A stretch of 64,000 bases of DNA from contig JADJZB010000028.1 in NCBI GenBank assembly GCA_016719485.1, positions 173,898 through 237,897 on the forward strand, written 5' to 3'. The position numbers were made by a program, and so were the translations under genes. The DNA is from Holophagales bacterium. Its GTDB lineage: Bacteria > Acidobacteriota > Thermoanaerobaculia > UBA5066. This document shows positions 8,690 through 18,297 of the stretch, piece after piece; position 1 is the stretch's first letter; each line of letters opens with the position of its first letter. The notes under the pieces are model-generated. The model did not search any database. It worked only from the letters and a program-made list of their open reading frames with translations, and was not told the origin of the DNA.

Positions 8690-11452
8690 TCACTTCTCCC
8701 GGAGAACGCCTCTGATGCAGGCGTCGAGCGCTGCTCCCAGGTCCTCGGTAGTGCCCGGCTTGAGGATCAGCGCCTTCGCGCCGACGGCGAGCGCGGCGGC
8801 CTCGTCGACGGACGAGACGTAGCCGGAGGTGAGGACCACGGGGACGTCGGGACGGATCACGAGCACCCGGCGGGCCAGCTCGAGACCCGACATCCGAGGC
8901 ATCGACAGGTCGCTCACGACGACGTCGAAGGAACCGGGCTCGGCCCCGAATGCCGCGAGTGCAGCCAACGGATCGGAGCTCGCCGTGACGGCGAACCCGA
9001 GCCGGCCCAGGGCCCTCTTCATCAGCTCGACGAGGGCGTCTTCGTCGTCCACGTAGAGGACCCGCACCCGCGGCGGCGCCTCCGTTCGGGCCGGGACCTC
9101 GGCCCTGTGCGCGCGGCCCGCGTCGAGGGCCTCGCGCACCGCTACCGCCAGTTCGTCCGACGAGAACGGTTTCGAGAGCAGCCGCACCCCCTCGCCGATC
9201 ATCCCCTTCCCCGTCACGACCTCCGCCGCGTGTCCCGAGACGAAGAGGCGGCCTATTCCGGGACGCGTCTCGAGGATGCGCTCCGAGAGCTCCCTGCCGT
9301 TCATCCCGGGCATGACGACGTCGGTCAAGAGGACGTGGATCGCGCCACGGTGCTCCGCCGCCATCCTCAGCGCCGATTCCGGACCGCCTGCCGCGAGCAC
9401 CGTATATCCCAGGCGTTGAAGCATCGCGGAGGAGAGCCTGAGGAGGGCCGGTTCGTCCTCGACGAGAAGAATGGTCTCTCCCGCGGCCTGGGCCTTGACG
9501 GCGTCCGGCTCGCCGCCGGCGGTGCCCCCGGTCTTGCCGTCCGCGGGAGCTCCGACGAGCCGTGGCAGGAAGATGCGGACGTGAGTCCCCTCTCCCGGTG
9601 CACTTTCGACGTCGATGTACCCGCCGTTCTGCTTCACGATGCCGTAGACCGTGGGAAGGCCGAGGCCCGGGCCGCTCCCGGCCGTCTTGGTCGTGAAGAA
9701 GGGCTCGAACACGCGGTCGAGTACGGCCCTGTCCATGCCGCAGCCGTCGTCGTGAACGGCGAGCATCGCGTGATCTCCCGGGAGGGACCCCGGCCGCACC
9801 GCACAGTACCCGGCGTCGAGAACCCGGTTCGCCGTCTCCACGACGATGGTCCCGCGATTGCCGACGGCGTCTCGTGCGTTTGAAAGAAGCGCCTCGAGGA
9901 CCTCGTCGAGCTGGACCGGGTCGATCCGCACGGGCCAGATCCCCTCCCCCGGCCGGAACGACAGCGCGACGCCACTGCTGGCGAAGGACGTGAGCAGGGG
10001 CCGCAGCTGCCCGAGCGCGGCGTTCAGGTCGACGGGGCGGGGCGCGGCGGGCTGCTTCTGGGCGAACGCCAGGAGCTGCCGGACGGAACCGGCGGCCCTT
10101 CGGGCAGCCGTCCGGATCTCGCGTAGGCCTTCGCTGGCGGGATGCGACGGATCGACCTGCTCGAGCGCCAGGGCCGCGTAGCCCTGGATCACGGCGAGCA
10201 TGTTGTTGAAGTCGTGGGCGATGCCCCCCGCCAGGCGGACCACGGAGTCGATCCGGCGCGACTGTTGAAGCTGCGCCTGCAGCTTCAGCTTCGCCTCCTC
10301 CGAGCGCCGCCGATCGCTCAGGTCGCGCGTCACCCCCTGCAGTTGCCTCACGCGTCCCTGGGGGTCGGTGACGAACGACGCGGCGACCTCCACGGGCCTC
10401 ACGCTGCCGTCCGGCCAGATCTCGTCGAGCTCGATCACGGCGGAGCGGGCCGACGCGTCTCCGGCTTCGAAAGCGGCGCGTCGCGAGCGCAGGAGGGCCT
10501 CCACCTTTCGCCAGGAGTCGTCCGTGAGGAGATCGCGCATCGAGAAGCTCGACGCCCTCCCGTCCCGACGGCCTCCGAGCCTGTTGGCGGAGGGGCTCAC
10601 GTAGACGAAACGGTCCGCGTCGAGATCGTAGAGCCAGACGACGTCCGTCGCGTTCTCGGCGAGCAGCCGGTAGCGGGCCTCGCTCTTCCGAAGGGCCTCC
10701 ACCTCGCGGCTCCGCGAGATGGCGATCGACGCGGCGTGCGTTGCGAGGTCGACGAGACGCTGGTCGTGCGCCGCGGGTCGACCCGGCTCCGGGACGTGGA
10801 GAGCGAACGTCCCGAGGACCTCGCCGCTCCCGGCCAGGATCGGCGTCGACCAGGCGGAGCCGTCCTGCGGGTGCAGGTGCTCGTGGTCGGGGTCGAGGAG
10901 GAGGATCGATGCGCGCGTCCCCGGCGCCTGCTCCTCGATACCGCGGGCGATGGCGTCGAGCGTGCCTTCGAGTGGCGCCCCGGTGGCGATCATGCCGAGA
11001 ACGCGGTTGTGAAGCTCCAGGGTCGCCTCGGAGGCTTTCCGTTCCGAGATGTTCCGCGCGACGCCGAGGACGCCCACGAGCCGGCCCTCGCCGTCGATCA
11101 GCGGAGTCTTCAGGACCTCGACGACCTCGGCGTGCCCGTCCTCGGGGTAATACACGACGTTCTCGAACGCGATGGGCTTGCCCGCAGCGAGGACTTCGGC
11201 GTCCTGCCGGCGGAACCTCTCGGCGCGCTCGGAGGAGACGAAGGCATCGTCCGTCCTCCCGAGGATCTCGGACGCGGGGACTCCGCAGAGCTGCTCGTAC
11301 CGGGCGTTGCAGGCGAGGTGTACGCCGCCGGGGTCCTTCAGCCAGACGGGATCCGGCAGGGCGCGGAACGCCGCCAGCAGGAGCGCGAGCCCGTGGCTCT
11401 CCGGCTCGGCCGCCTCGTCCTTCGGGCGCGCTGCGGCAGGATCGTCGTTCAC
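8690..11452 (-). CDS. Hybrid sensor histidine kinase (PAS-GAF-PAS-HisKA-HATPase-REC-REC)
   Basis: Part of track ORF 8690..12316, from the GTG at 11452 preceded by GGAAGGGAG. Signatures: IAHDFNNML (H-box), DDGCGM, GSGPGLGL, then two receiver domains (ILLVEDEP..., VLYVDDED...). The upstream 288 aa of the ORF are antisense to the Kelch gene and rejected. Confidence 0.85.
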   Translation of the reverse strand: MNDDPAAARPKDEAAEPESHGLALLLAAFRALPDPVWLKDPGGVHLACNARYEQLCGVPASEILGRTDDAFVSSERAERFRRQDAEVLAAGKPIAFENVVYYPEDGHAEVVEVLKTPLIDGEGRLVGVLGVARNISERKASEATLELHNRVLGMIATGAPLEGTLDAIARGIEEQAPGTRASILLLDPDHEHLHPQDGSAWSTPILAGSGEVLGTFALHVPEPGRPAAHDQRLVDLATHAASIAISRSREVEALRKSEARYRLLAENATDVVWLYDLDADRFVYVSPSANRLGGRRDGRASSFSMRDLLTDDSWRKVEALLRSRRAAFEAGDASARSAVIELDEIWPDGSVRPVEVAASFVTDPQGRVRQLQGVTRDLSDRRRSEEAKLKLQAQLQQSRRIDSVVRLAGGIAHDFNNMLAVIQGYAALALEQVDPSHPASEGLREIRTAARRAAGSVRQLLAFAQKQPAAPRPVDLNAALGQLRPLLTSFASSGVALSFRPGEGIWPVRIDPVQLDEVLEALLSNARDAVGNRGTIVVETANRVLDAGYCAVRPGSLPGDHAMLAVHDDGCGMDRAVLDRVFEPFFTTKTAGSGPGLGLPTVYGIVKQNGGYIDVESAPGEGTHVRIFLPRLVGAPADGKTGGTAGGEPDAVKAQAAGETILLVEDEPALLRLSSAMLQRLGYTVLAAGGPESALRMAAEHRGAIHVLLTDVVMPGMNGRELSERILETRPGIGRLFVSGHAAEVVTGKGMIGEGVRLLSKPFSSDELAVAVREALDAGRAHRAEVPARTEAPPRVRVLYVDDEDALVELMKRALGRLGFAVTASSDPLAALAAFGAEPGSFDVVVSDLSMPRMSGLELARRVLVIRPDVPVVLTSGYVSSVDEAAALAVGAKALILKPGTTEDLGAALDACIRGVLREK

Positions 11453-11632
11453 GTCGTGTCGACTCCCTTCCGGGTGCGGGGCGCGCCTCCTCGAAGCGCA
11501 CAACGGAAAGTATAGGCCCGAGAACGGACGGCTCAGGACACCAGGGCCTCGTCGAGGGCCGAGGCTGCCGCGCGGGTCAGCCCCAGATTCGATCGCGGGT
11601 TGCACTCTTCGAGCGTGTGCCACACTGAAGAG

Positions 11633-14600
11633 ATGTACCGCCCAGTGATGACGCTTCTCGCCGCAGTCCTTTGTTCCCTGGCGGTCGCCGCCGACCTGGG
11701 CGCAGTCCCGCGGGCCTCGGCCGGCTCGCTCTCGCTGAAGGGCAACACCGTTGCGACGAGCCCAGGGCAGTGGACCTGGGCCGGTGGTCCGGACCGCATC
11801 GCAGAAGTCGAGCGCGTCGGCGTCTACGGGACAAAGGGCGTTACGGCGCCGGAAAACGTGCCGGGCGCCAGGTCCGGTGCCGCGACGTGGGTTGACACGA
11901 GCGGGAACTTCTGGCTTTTCGGGGGCCGGGGTTTTGCCAGGCACGCGCTTCTGGGCACTCTGAACGACCTCTGGAAGTGGGATGGGGCGAGCTGGACGTG
12001 GGTCAGCGGGTCGGACACCTACGGACGTCGCGGCACCTACGGCGAGAAGGGGGTCGCCGCGCCGGGGAATGAGCCGGGTGCCCGATCTGACGCGGTCTCC
12101 TGGATCGACTCCGCCGGAAACCTCTGGCTCTTCGGAGGGCACGGACGCGATTCGGCGTCGTCGTACAACGTCAGCCTGAGCGATCTCTGGAAATGGGACG
12201 GCTCCGACTGGACGTGGGTGAGCGGGCCGATCGTCGGCAGCCGACAGGGCGTCTACGGAACGCTGGGCGTCGCGGCCCCGGAGAACTGCCCGGGAGCCCG
12301 CTACGGCGCGACCCATTGGAGCGGCGGTGACGGGAGCTTCTGGCTCTTCGGCGGCAACGGCTACGGAATGAGCCAGTACAGCTCTGGGTTGCTCAATGAC
12401 CTCTGGAAGTGGAACGGCTCAGCCTGGAGCTGGATGGGCGGGTCGAGCGGCGTAAACCAGCCCGGCGTCTACGGAACGAAGGGGATCGCGAATCCGGCGA
12501 ACGTCCCGGGCGGCCGCCGCAACGCTTCGGCGAACGTCGGCCCGGACGGGACGATTCTGCTCTTCGGCGGTTACGGCCAATCGGTATCGGGAAGCGGCTA
12601 CCTCAACGACCTTTGGAGGTGGGACGGTGCCGAGTGGATCTGGGTGAACGGCTCGGACGTCCCGAACCAACCGGGGGTCTACGGCACGAGGGGTGTTCCG
12701 GCGCCGGAGAACGTCCCCGGGGCCAGGGAAGGCTCGGTTGCCTGGATGGACGGGACCGGGAGATTCTTTCTCCTCGGGGGCTTTTACAGCCCGACATCGA
12801 ACTCCTGGGCGTCTCTGAGCGACCTCTGGATGTGGAATGGCGCCGGCTGGGTCTGGGTCGGAGGAACGAGCACACCGAATCAGACCGGGAGCTATGGCGT
12901 TAGAGGGGTGCCGGCCGCGGGGAACGAGCCAGGTGCTCGCAACGGAGCGAGTGCCGCGCGAGACGCCTTGGGAGGCGTCTACGTCTTCGGTGGCGACGGA
13001 GCGTCGTCGACGGGCAGCATCGGCGCCTTGAACGACTTCTGGCGATGGAACGGCTCCGAGTGGGCGTGGCTCTCCGGCACGAACGGAGCGACTCTCGTCG
13101 GGGTCTACGGGACGAAGGGGCTCGCGAGCCCAACCAGCCATCCTGGTGCCCGGAGGGGGGCGGTCACGTGGCTTACCGCGAACGGGGAGACCTGGCTCTT
13201 TGGGGGCCACGGCTATTCGGCGGCAGGGCTGGGCTACCTGAATGATCTGTGGCGATGGGACGGCTCCAGCTGGACCTGGATGAGCGGGACGAACCTGGAG
13301 GACCAGCCGGCGATCTCAGGAACGAAGGGAATTCCCGCCGCGGAAAACGTTCCCGGCGCGAGGGCCTGGGGCGTTTCCTGGGCAGACTCTGCCGGAAATC
13401 TCTGGCTCTTCGGCGGCCGCACCCCCGACGTCTATGACGACGGTCTCCTCAACGATCTGTGGCGATGGGACGGCACGAACTGGACCTGGGTGAGCGGAAG
13501 CCTCTCTCCCTGGAAACAGGGGATCTATGGGACGAAGGGCGTCCCCGCTCCGTCGAACGTGCCGGGAAGCAGAAGCGAGCTCACCGCCTGGGCTGACGCG
13601 ACAGGCAACTTCTGGCTCTTCGGAGGGTACGGCATGGCCGGAGGATGGTTCGGAGACCTGAACGACCTCTGGCGATGGGACGGAACGAACTGGACCTGGA
13701 TGCACGGGTCGAACGACACAGACGATTCCGGCTCAGGAGGAGTCCTCGGTGAGCCGTCCGCAACGAACACCCCAGCAGCGCGAACCGGCGCCATCGGATC
13801 GGCGGCCCCGGACGGAACGGCCTGGGTTCACGGCGGCGCGAGCGGGGACTACTGGTTGATGGACGATCTCTGGCGATGGGACGGAACCTACTGGACCCGA
13901 ATGAGTGGAACCGGGACCTACTTCGCGAACGGGGTTTATGGCGAGAAGGGAGTGGCGGCGCCGGGGAATCGGCCGGGGGCTCGCGCCTGGGGCGCATCCT
14001 GGGCCGACGCAAGAGGCCACTTCTGGCTCTTCGGGGGCAGCCGATCCTTCGGGGCCGGCGTCTACCTGAACGACCTCTGGCGGTGGGACGGAGTGAACTG
14101 GACCTGGATGAGCGGCTCGGACGCAGCGAATGCCTCTGGCGTCTACGGCGTCGCCGGAACGCCCGCCGCCGGGAACTCCCCGGGGGCGCGGGACACCGCG
14201 TTCGCCTGGAAAGGCAATGACGGAAACTTCTGGATCATGAATGGGTTCGGCGCCGACTCCGCCGGAGTCGCCGGGCGGCTCGCCGACCTCTGGGCCTACG
14301 AGCCCCCGGCCTGTTCGCCCCCCTCGGCGACGATCACCGCGCCGGACTGGATTCTCGAGGGGAGTGGCTCACACTCCGCTTCCGTGGCCAATGCCGGCGA
14401 CGGGTTCACTTACGAGTGGACGATCACCGGGGGGACGATCGACGGCGGCCAGGGAACCCCGGCGGTCACGATCTCAGCTACCGCCGGAGAGTCGAGCGTC
14501 GTCCTCGCCGTCGTCGTTCAAAAGGGCGACTGCGCCACATCCCGGGAGAAGACGATCCTCGTCGGTCTCTATCACCGGCTGGTGGTCGTCCGGAACGGCT

Positions 14601-15196
14601 CGAGTGCCGACCGGGTCAGCTCGGGCAGCCCCGGCTACGAAATCTCCTGCGGGACCTCCTGCTCGGCGCTCTACGGGCCCGGAACCTCGGTCACGCTGTT
14701 CGCATATCCGGGACCGAACTCTCGTTTCGCCGGGTGGGTGGGCGGAGGATGCTCCGGGACGGAATCCTGTGTCGTCACGATGAACGAATCGACGATGGTC
14801 TCTGCCACCTTCCTCCAGAAGGCGGCCGCGGGTTTCTTCCCAGTGAGCCCCTGCCGCATCGCCGACACGCGCAACCCGGCTGGCCACTACGGCGCTCCCG
14901 CACTCGAAGCGGGCGCTTCGCGCTCTTTCACAGTCGGCGGAACGTGCGGTGTCCCGGCCGACGCAGCGGCGGTCGCGCTGAACGTGACGGTCACCGCGCC
15001 GACGGACGCAGGCTCGCTCACACTCTTCCCGGGAACGGGCCCGGCACCGGACACGGGCGTCGTGTCGTTCGCGACCGGGAGAACGCGAGCGAGCAGCGTG
15101 ACGATGGGTCTCGTCGGCGGAGTCCTGTCAGTCCTCGATCGTCAGGAGACCGGCACCGTGGACCTGATCCTCGACGTCAACGGCTACTTCCGCTAA
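11633..15196 (+). CDS. Secreted Kelch/galactose-oxidase-type repeat protein with C-terminal Ig-like, InlB-B-repeat-like and beta-sandwich domains
   Basis: MYRPVMTLLAAVLCSLAVAADLGA signal peptide. About 12 units with consensus LNDLWRWDGxxWTWxSG...GxYGTKGVxAPxNxPGAR...WxDxxGNxWLFGGxG. Tail contains ...YEISCGTSCSALYGPGTSVTLFAYPGPNSRFAGWVGGGCSG... and ...FFPVSPCRIADTRN...DVNGYFR. Confidence 0.8.
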   Translation: MYRPVMTLLAAVLCSLAVAADLGAVPRASAGSLSLKGNTVATSPGQWTWAGGPDRIAEVERVGVYGTKGVTAPENVPGARSGAATWVDTSGNFWLFGGRGFARHALLGTLNDLWKWDGASWTWVSGSDTYGRRGTYGEKGVAAPGNEPGARSDAVSWIDSAGNLWLFGGHGRDSASSYNVSLSDLWKWDGSDWTWVSGPIVGSRQGVYGTLGVAAPENCPGARYGATHWSGGDGSFWLFGGNGYGMSQYSSGLLNDLWKWNGSAWSWMGGSSGVNQPGVYGTKGIANPANVPGGRRNASANVGPDGTILLFGGYGQSVSGSGYLNDLWRWDGAEWIWVNGSDVPNQPGVYGTRGVPAPENVPGAREGSVAWMDGTGRFFLLGGFYSPTSNSWASLSDLWMWNGAGWVWVGGTSTPNQTGSYGVRGVPAAGNEPGARNGASAARDALGGVYVFGGDGASSTGSIGALNDFWRWNGSEWAWLSGTNGATLVGVYGTKGLASPTSHPGARRGAVTWLTANGETWLFGGHGYSAAGLGYLNDLWRWDGSSWTWMSGTNLEDQPAISGTKGIPAAENVPGARAWGVSWADSAGNLWLFGGRTPDVYDDGLLNDLWRWDGTNWTWVSGSLSPWKQGIYGTKGVPAPSNVPGSRSELTAWADATGNFWLFGGYGMAGGWFGDLNDLWRWDGTNWTWMHGSNDTDDSGSGGVLGEPSATNTPAARTGAIGSAAPDGTAWVHGGASGDYWLMDDLWRWDGTYWTRMSGTGTYFANGVYGEKGVAAPGNRPGARAWGASWADARGHFWLFGGSRSFGAGVYLNDLWRWDGVNWTWMSGSDAANASGVYGVAGTPAAGNSPGARDTAFAWKGNDGNFWIMNGFGADSAGVAGRLADLWAYEPPACSPPSATITAPDWILEGSGSHSASVANAGDGFTYEWTITGGTIDGGQGTPAVTISATAGESSVVLAVVVQKGDCATSREKTILVGLYHRLVVVRNGSSADRVSSGSPGYEISCGTSCSALYGPGTSVTLFAYPGPNSRFAGWVGGGCSGTESCVVTMNESTMVSATFLQKAAAGFFPVSPCRIADTRNPAGHYGAPALEAGASRSFTVGGTCGVPADAAAVALNVTVTAPTDAGSLTLFPGTGPAPDTGVVSFATGRTRASSVTMGLVGGVLSVLDRQETGTVDLILDVNGYFR
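11760..14300 (+). repeat. Coding tandem repeat, about 12 units of about 210 nt (Kelch-type units)
   Basis: Recurring cores such as ctctggcgatgggacgg and aactggacctgg at a period of roughly 200-216 nt. Confidence 0.8.
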
Positions 15197-15238
15197 CAGG
15201 CCGAAGCCGGTCTCGTTCGTCCGGCCAGCGCTCCTGAT

Positions 15239-17119
15239 TCAGGCTTCCGGCGCCAGTGCTTCGTCGAGAACCGCGGCCTCCTCCGACACGGAGGCCGTTG
15301 CCTTCGGCATCGCCCACGGTTCCCGCTCGCCGATCTGCTGACGCCACATGGCGTAGTAGAGGCCCCGCCGTTCCACGAGCTCGTCGTGGCTCCCCGTCTC
15401 GACGATGCGCCCGCGCTCGAGGACGTAGATCGTCTCCGCGTGCGCGATCGTGCTCAACCGGTGGGCGATCAGGAGGACCATGTGCCGGCGGCTGCCCGAG
15501 AGCTCGCGCACCGAGGCCGTGATCTCCCGCTCGGTGATCGAGTCGAGCGCCGAGGTCGCCTCGTCGAAGATGAGGAGGCGCGGGTGGCGCAGGAGCGCGC
15601 GGGCGATGGAGATGCGCTGCCGCTCGCCGCCCGAGACCCTCAGTCCCGATTCGCCGAGACGTGTTTCGAGCCCCTCGCCAGAGCGCTCGAGGAGCGCTCC
15701 GGCCGAGGCCTGCCGGAGCGCCTCGAGCATCTCCTCGTCGGTGGCGTCGGGCTTCACGAGCTGGAGGTTCTCGCGGATCGTCCCCGAGAAGAGCTGCGGG
15801 TCCTGGGTGACGAAGCCGATCTGGCGCCTCACGCGGTTGTAGCGCAGCTCGTTCGTCGGGACGTCGTCGATCGTGATGACGCCGCCGGTCGGGGCGTAGA
15901 GCCCGACGAGGAGCTTCACGAGGCTCGACTTGCCCGAGCCCGAGGGGCCGACGAAGGCGATCGTGTCGCCCAGCTTCGCGGAGAAGCTGATGTGGTCGAG
16001 CGCGTCCTCCGCCGCTCCCCTGTACCGGAAGGAGACGTCCTCGAAGCGCAGGCTCCCGATCTCCCCGACGTCGACGGGCTCCTCCGGACGCTGCTCGACC
16101 GGCGTCGCCATGAGCTCCCCGAACGCGAGCAGGGAGGCTTCCGCCTCCCGATGGTTCAGGAGGACGTTCCCGAGCTGCTGGAGCGGTCCGAAGATCGTGT
16201 TGAGGATGAACTGGAAGGCGATGAGCTCGCCGGGCGAGAGGGCCCTGCGGAAGATGAGCCAGAGCAGGATGAAGAGGATCGACTGCCGGAGGACGTTGAT
16301 GATCGTCCCCTGCAGGAAGGCGAGGCCCCTCACCTTCTTCACCTTCGCCATCTCGAGGTCGAAGATCCGCTTCGTGTAGCCGGAGAGGCGCCCGATCTCC
16401 GCGCGGGTCAGCCCGAGGCTCTTCACGAGCTCGATGTTCCGGAGCGATTCGGTGATGGCTCCCGCCATACGCCGCGTCTCGCGCACCACCTGCCGCTGGA
16501 CCGTCTTGATCTTCCGGCTCAGGAGGCCCGTGAGGGAGCCGAGCAGGAGGACCCCGATCCCGAACGCCGGGATCAGGAGCCAGTGCCGGGTGACGCCGTA
16601 CCAGACGAGGAAACCGATGCCGACGAGGGAGGAGTAGAGGATCGTCACCGAGGCGTTCACGAATCGCTCGGTGTCGGTCCTCACCTTCGAGAGGAGGGCC
16701 ATCGTCTCGCCGCTCGACCGGTCCTCCATCTCCTGGAACGAGAGCCGGAGCGTCCGGCGCAGGCCGTCGTTGAACATCTCCATCCCGATCGACTGCACCA
16801 GGAGCCGAAGGGCATATTCCTGCAGGGCCGATGCGAGGCGGGCGGCGAGGGCCACGGCCGCGGCGACGAGGAGCCAGCCGAGCGCACCTCGAACCAGCTC
16901 GGTCTCGGGACGGCCACCGGGATTCAGGGCGTACTGGTCGACGATCCGGCCGAAGATGAGAGGGTCGACGAGCGTCAGGATCTGGGCCACGCCAGCAAGG
17001 AGAAGCGTGAGCGCCACGAGGCCCCGGTGCGGGCGCAGGTACCGCCAGAGGATTGCCATCGCGCGTTCGTCCTGCGACTCCGTCTTCGGCTCGGCGGTCA
17101 TCTCTTCGCAACGTATCAC
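15239..17119 (-). CDS. ABC exporter, fused permease/ATPase (MsbA/ABCB type)
   Basis: Track ORF 626 aa: six-TM domain, then GPSGSGKSS (Walker A), VSGGERQRISIARAL (signature), LLIFDEATSALD (Walker B). The true start may be the ATG at 17101. Confidence 0.85.
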   Translation of the reverse strand: MIRCEEMTAEPKTESQDERAMAILWRYLRPHRGLVALTLLLAGVAQILTLVDPLIFGRIVDQYALNPGGRPETELVRGALGWLLVAAAVALAARLASALQEYALRLLVQSIGMEMFNDGLRRTLRLSFQEMEDRSSGETMALLSKVRTDTERFVNASVTILYSSLVGIGFLVWYGVTRHWLLIPAFGIGVLLLGSLTGLLSRKIKTVQRQVVRETRRMAGAITESLRNIELVKSLGLTRAEIGRLSGYTKRIFDLEMAKVKKVRGLAFLQGTIINVLRQSILFILLWLIFRRALSPGELIAFQFILNTIFGPLQQLGNVLLNHREAEASLLAFGELMATPVEQRPEEPVDVGEIGSLRFEDVSFRYRGAAEDALDHISFSAKLGDTIAFVGPSGSGKSSLVKLLVGLYAPTGGVITIDDVPTNELRYNRVRRQIGFVTQDPQLFSGTIRENLQLVKPDATDEEMLEALRQASAGALLERSGEGLETRLGESGLRVSGGERQRISIARALLRHPRLLIFDEATSALDSITEREITASVRELSGSRRHMVLLIAHRLSTIAHAETIYVLERGRIVETGSHDELVERRGLYYAMWRQQIGEREPWAMPKATASVSEEAAVLDEALAPEA

Positions 17120-17129
17120 CCGACGCGAT

Positions 17130-17276
17130 AGACTCCCCTGGTCTTCGACTCCTGGCCCCTAAAGGGGCTCCCCCAAGGGACCAGGAGCGGCGGGCAGGAC
17201 TCCCCGAGGGAGCCCGGAGCCCCGAGGGTCGCCTCCGGAAACGGGACGGCCTCCCGGTTGGAAAGGAGATCGCTCG
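17130..17276 (+). promoter_or_regulatory. Structured GC-rich leader of moaA; candidate molybdenum-cofactor (Moco) riboswitch
   Basis: Helix CTCCTGG (17149-17155) / CCAGGAG (17181-17187) encloses GCCCCT-AA-AGGGGC. An alternative partner CCTGGTC lies at 17137-17143. CCCCGAGGG is duplicated. GGAAACGGGACGGCCUCCCGG precedes the SD GGAAAGGAG. Consistent with my recollection of the Moco motif, but not verified. Confidence 0.4.
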
Positions 17277-18245
17277 ATGCACCGCGCCGCCGGAGCCGCG
17301 ACCCTGCGCGTCTCCGTGACCGACCGCTGCAACCTCCGCTGCGCCTACTGCATGCCGGAGGCGGGGGTCCCGCTCCTTCCGCGCGGCGAGATCCCGTCGC
17401 TGTCGGAGCTGGCCTCGGCAGTCGCGTGGCTCGCGTCGAGGTACGGCGTGGACCGGATCAAGGTGACGGGGGGCGAGCCGCTGGTTCGAGGCGGCGTACC
17501 GGCTTTCGTCGCGAAGGTCGCCGCGATCCCGGGGGTCCGCGAGGTCTCCATGACGACGAACGGGACGCGCCTCGCCCCGGCGGCCCGCGAGCTCGCCGCG
17601 GCCGGCCTCGCGCGCGTCAACGTCTCCCTCGACACGCTCGACCCCGCCCGCTTCCGCGAGCTGACCCGGGGCGGCCGCGTCGAGGAGGTCCTCGAGGGAA
17701 TCGACGCCGCCCTCGAGGCGGGCCTCGTGCCCCTGAAGATCAACTCCGTCCTGCGTGGCAGCTCCTTCCGGGAGGACGTCCCCGGCCTCCTCGCCCTCGC
17801 CGCCGCGAAGGGCGTCGAGATCCGCTTCATCGAGCTGATGCACACCGGCACCGAGGCCGCCTGGGCGATCGCCGAGCGGGTCACCGGCGCCGCGGTGCGC
17901 GAGTGGCTCGCGGCCGAGGGGGCGCGGATCACCCCCCTTCCCGCGCGCCCCAACGCGCCGGCCCGGCGGACCGCGATCGCCTGGAGGGGGCTCGAGGTCG
18001 AGGCCGGCTGGATCGACCCCGTCAGCCACTCCTTCTGCGACGACTGCGACCGCCTGCGGCTCGACGCACGCGGGCGCCTGCGCCGCTGCCTCATGGACGA
18101 CATGGCCTTCCCGCTCGTCGACCTTCTCCGGAGGGGCGAGCTTGCGGAGGCCGAGGTGGAGGATGCAGCAAGGGACTACGTCGCAGGCAAGCAGCCTCCG
18201 ATCGCCATGACCATCGGTTCCACGATGGCGTCCATCGGCGGCTGA
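17277..18245 (+). CDS. moaA: GTP 3',8-cyclase (molybdenum cofactor biosynthesis protein A)
   Basis: Track ORF 322 aa: LRVSVTDRCNLRCAYCMPE (radical SAM CxxxCxxC), KVTGGEPL, C-terminal CDDCDRLRLDARGRLRRC cluster. Confidence 0.9.
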   Translation: MHRAAGAATLRVSVTDRCNLRCAYCMPEAGVPLLPRGEIPSLSELASAVAWLASRYGVDRIKVTGGEPLVRGGVPAFVAKVAAIPGVREVSMTTNGTRLAPAARELAAAGLARVNVSLDTLDPARFRELTRGGRVEEVLEGIDAALEAGLVPLKINSVLRGSSFREDVPGLLALAAAKGVEIRFIELMHTGTEAAWAIAERVTGAAVREWLAAEGARITPLPARPNAPARRTAIAWRGLEVEAGWIDPVSHSFCDDCDRLRLDARGRLRRCLMDDMAFPLVDLLRRGELAEAEVEDAARDYVAGKQPPIAMTIGSTMASIGG

Positions 18246-18297
18246 GAGCTTCTTTCGGCCGCCTGCGCACCTCTCGCCCCTTTAGCCGCCTCCCCGC

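Noticed and set aside
8580-11501. 973-aa minus-strand ORF overlapping the hybrid kinase gene in another frame. There are many similar long ORFs, for example 15177..18029, 18176..19789, 10142..11515, 49124..50626, 49759..53517, 55169..56701 and 41241..42530.
   Set aside because: The translations are Arg/Pro/Gly/Ala-rich low-complexity strings without motifs, and they overlap ORFs that have clear family signatures. They are the expected open-frame artefacts of ~70% GC DNA.
11760-14300. Regularly spaced DNA repeats that could be mistaken for a CRISPR array or satellite.
   Set aside because: The repeats are in frame inside a single long ORF with strong coding bias and encode Kelch-type units. 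The spacers are homologous to each other, unlike CRISPR spacers.
15197-15238. Terminator between the convergent Kelch and ABC-exporter genes; similarly 18246-18297 and 8636-8689.
   Set aside because: There are only short or imperfect complementary segments and no stem followed by a T-run, so they are not supportable as intrinsic terminators.
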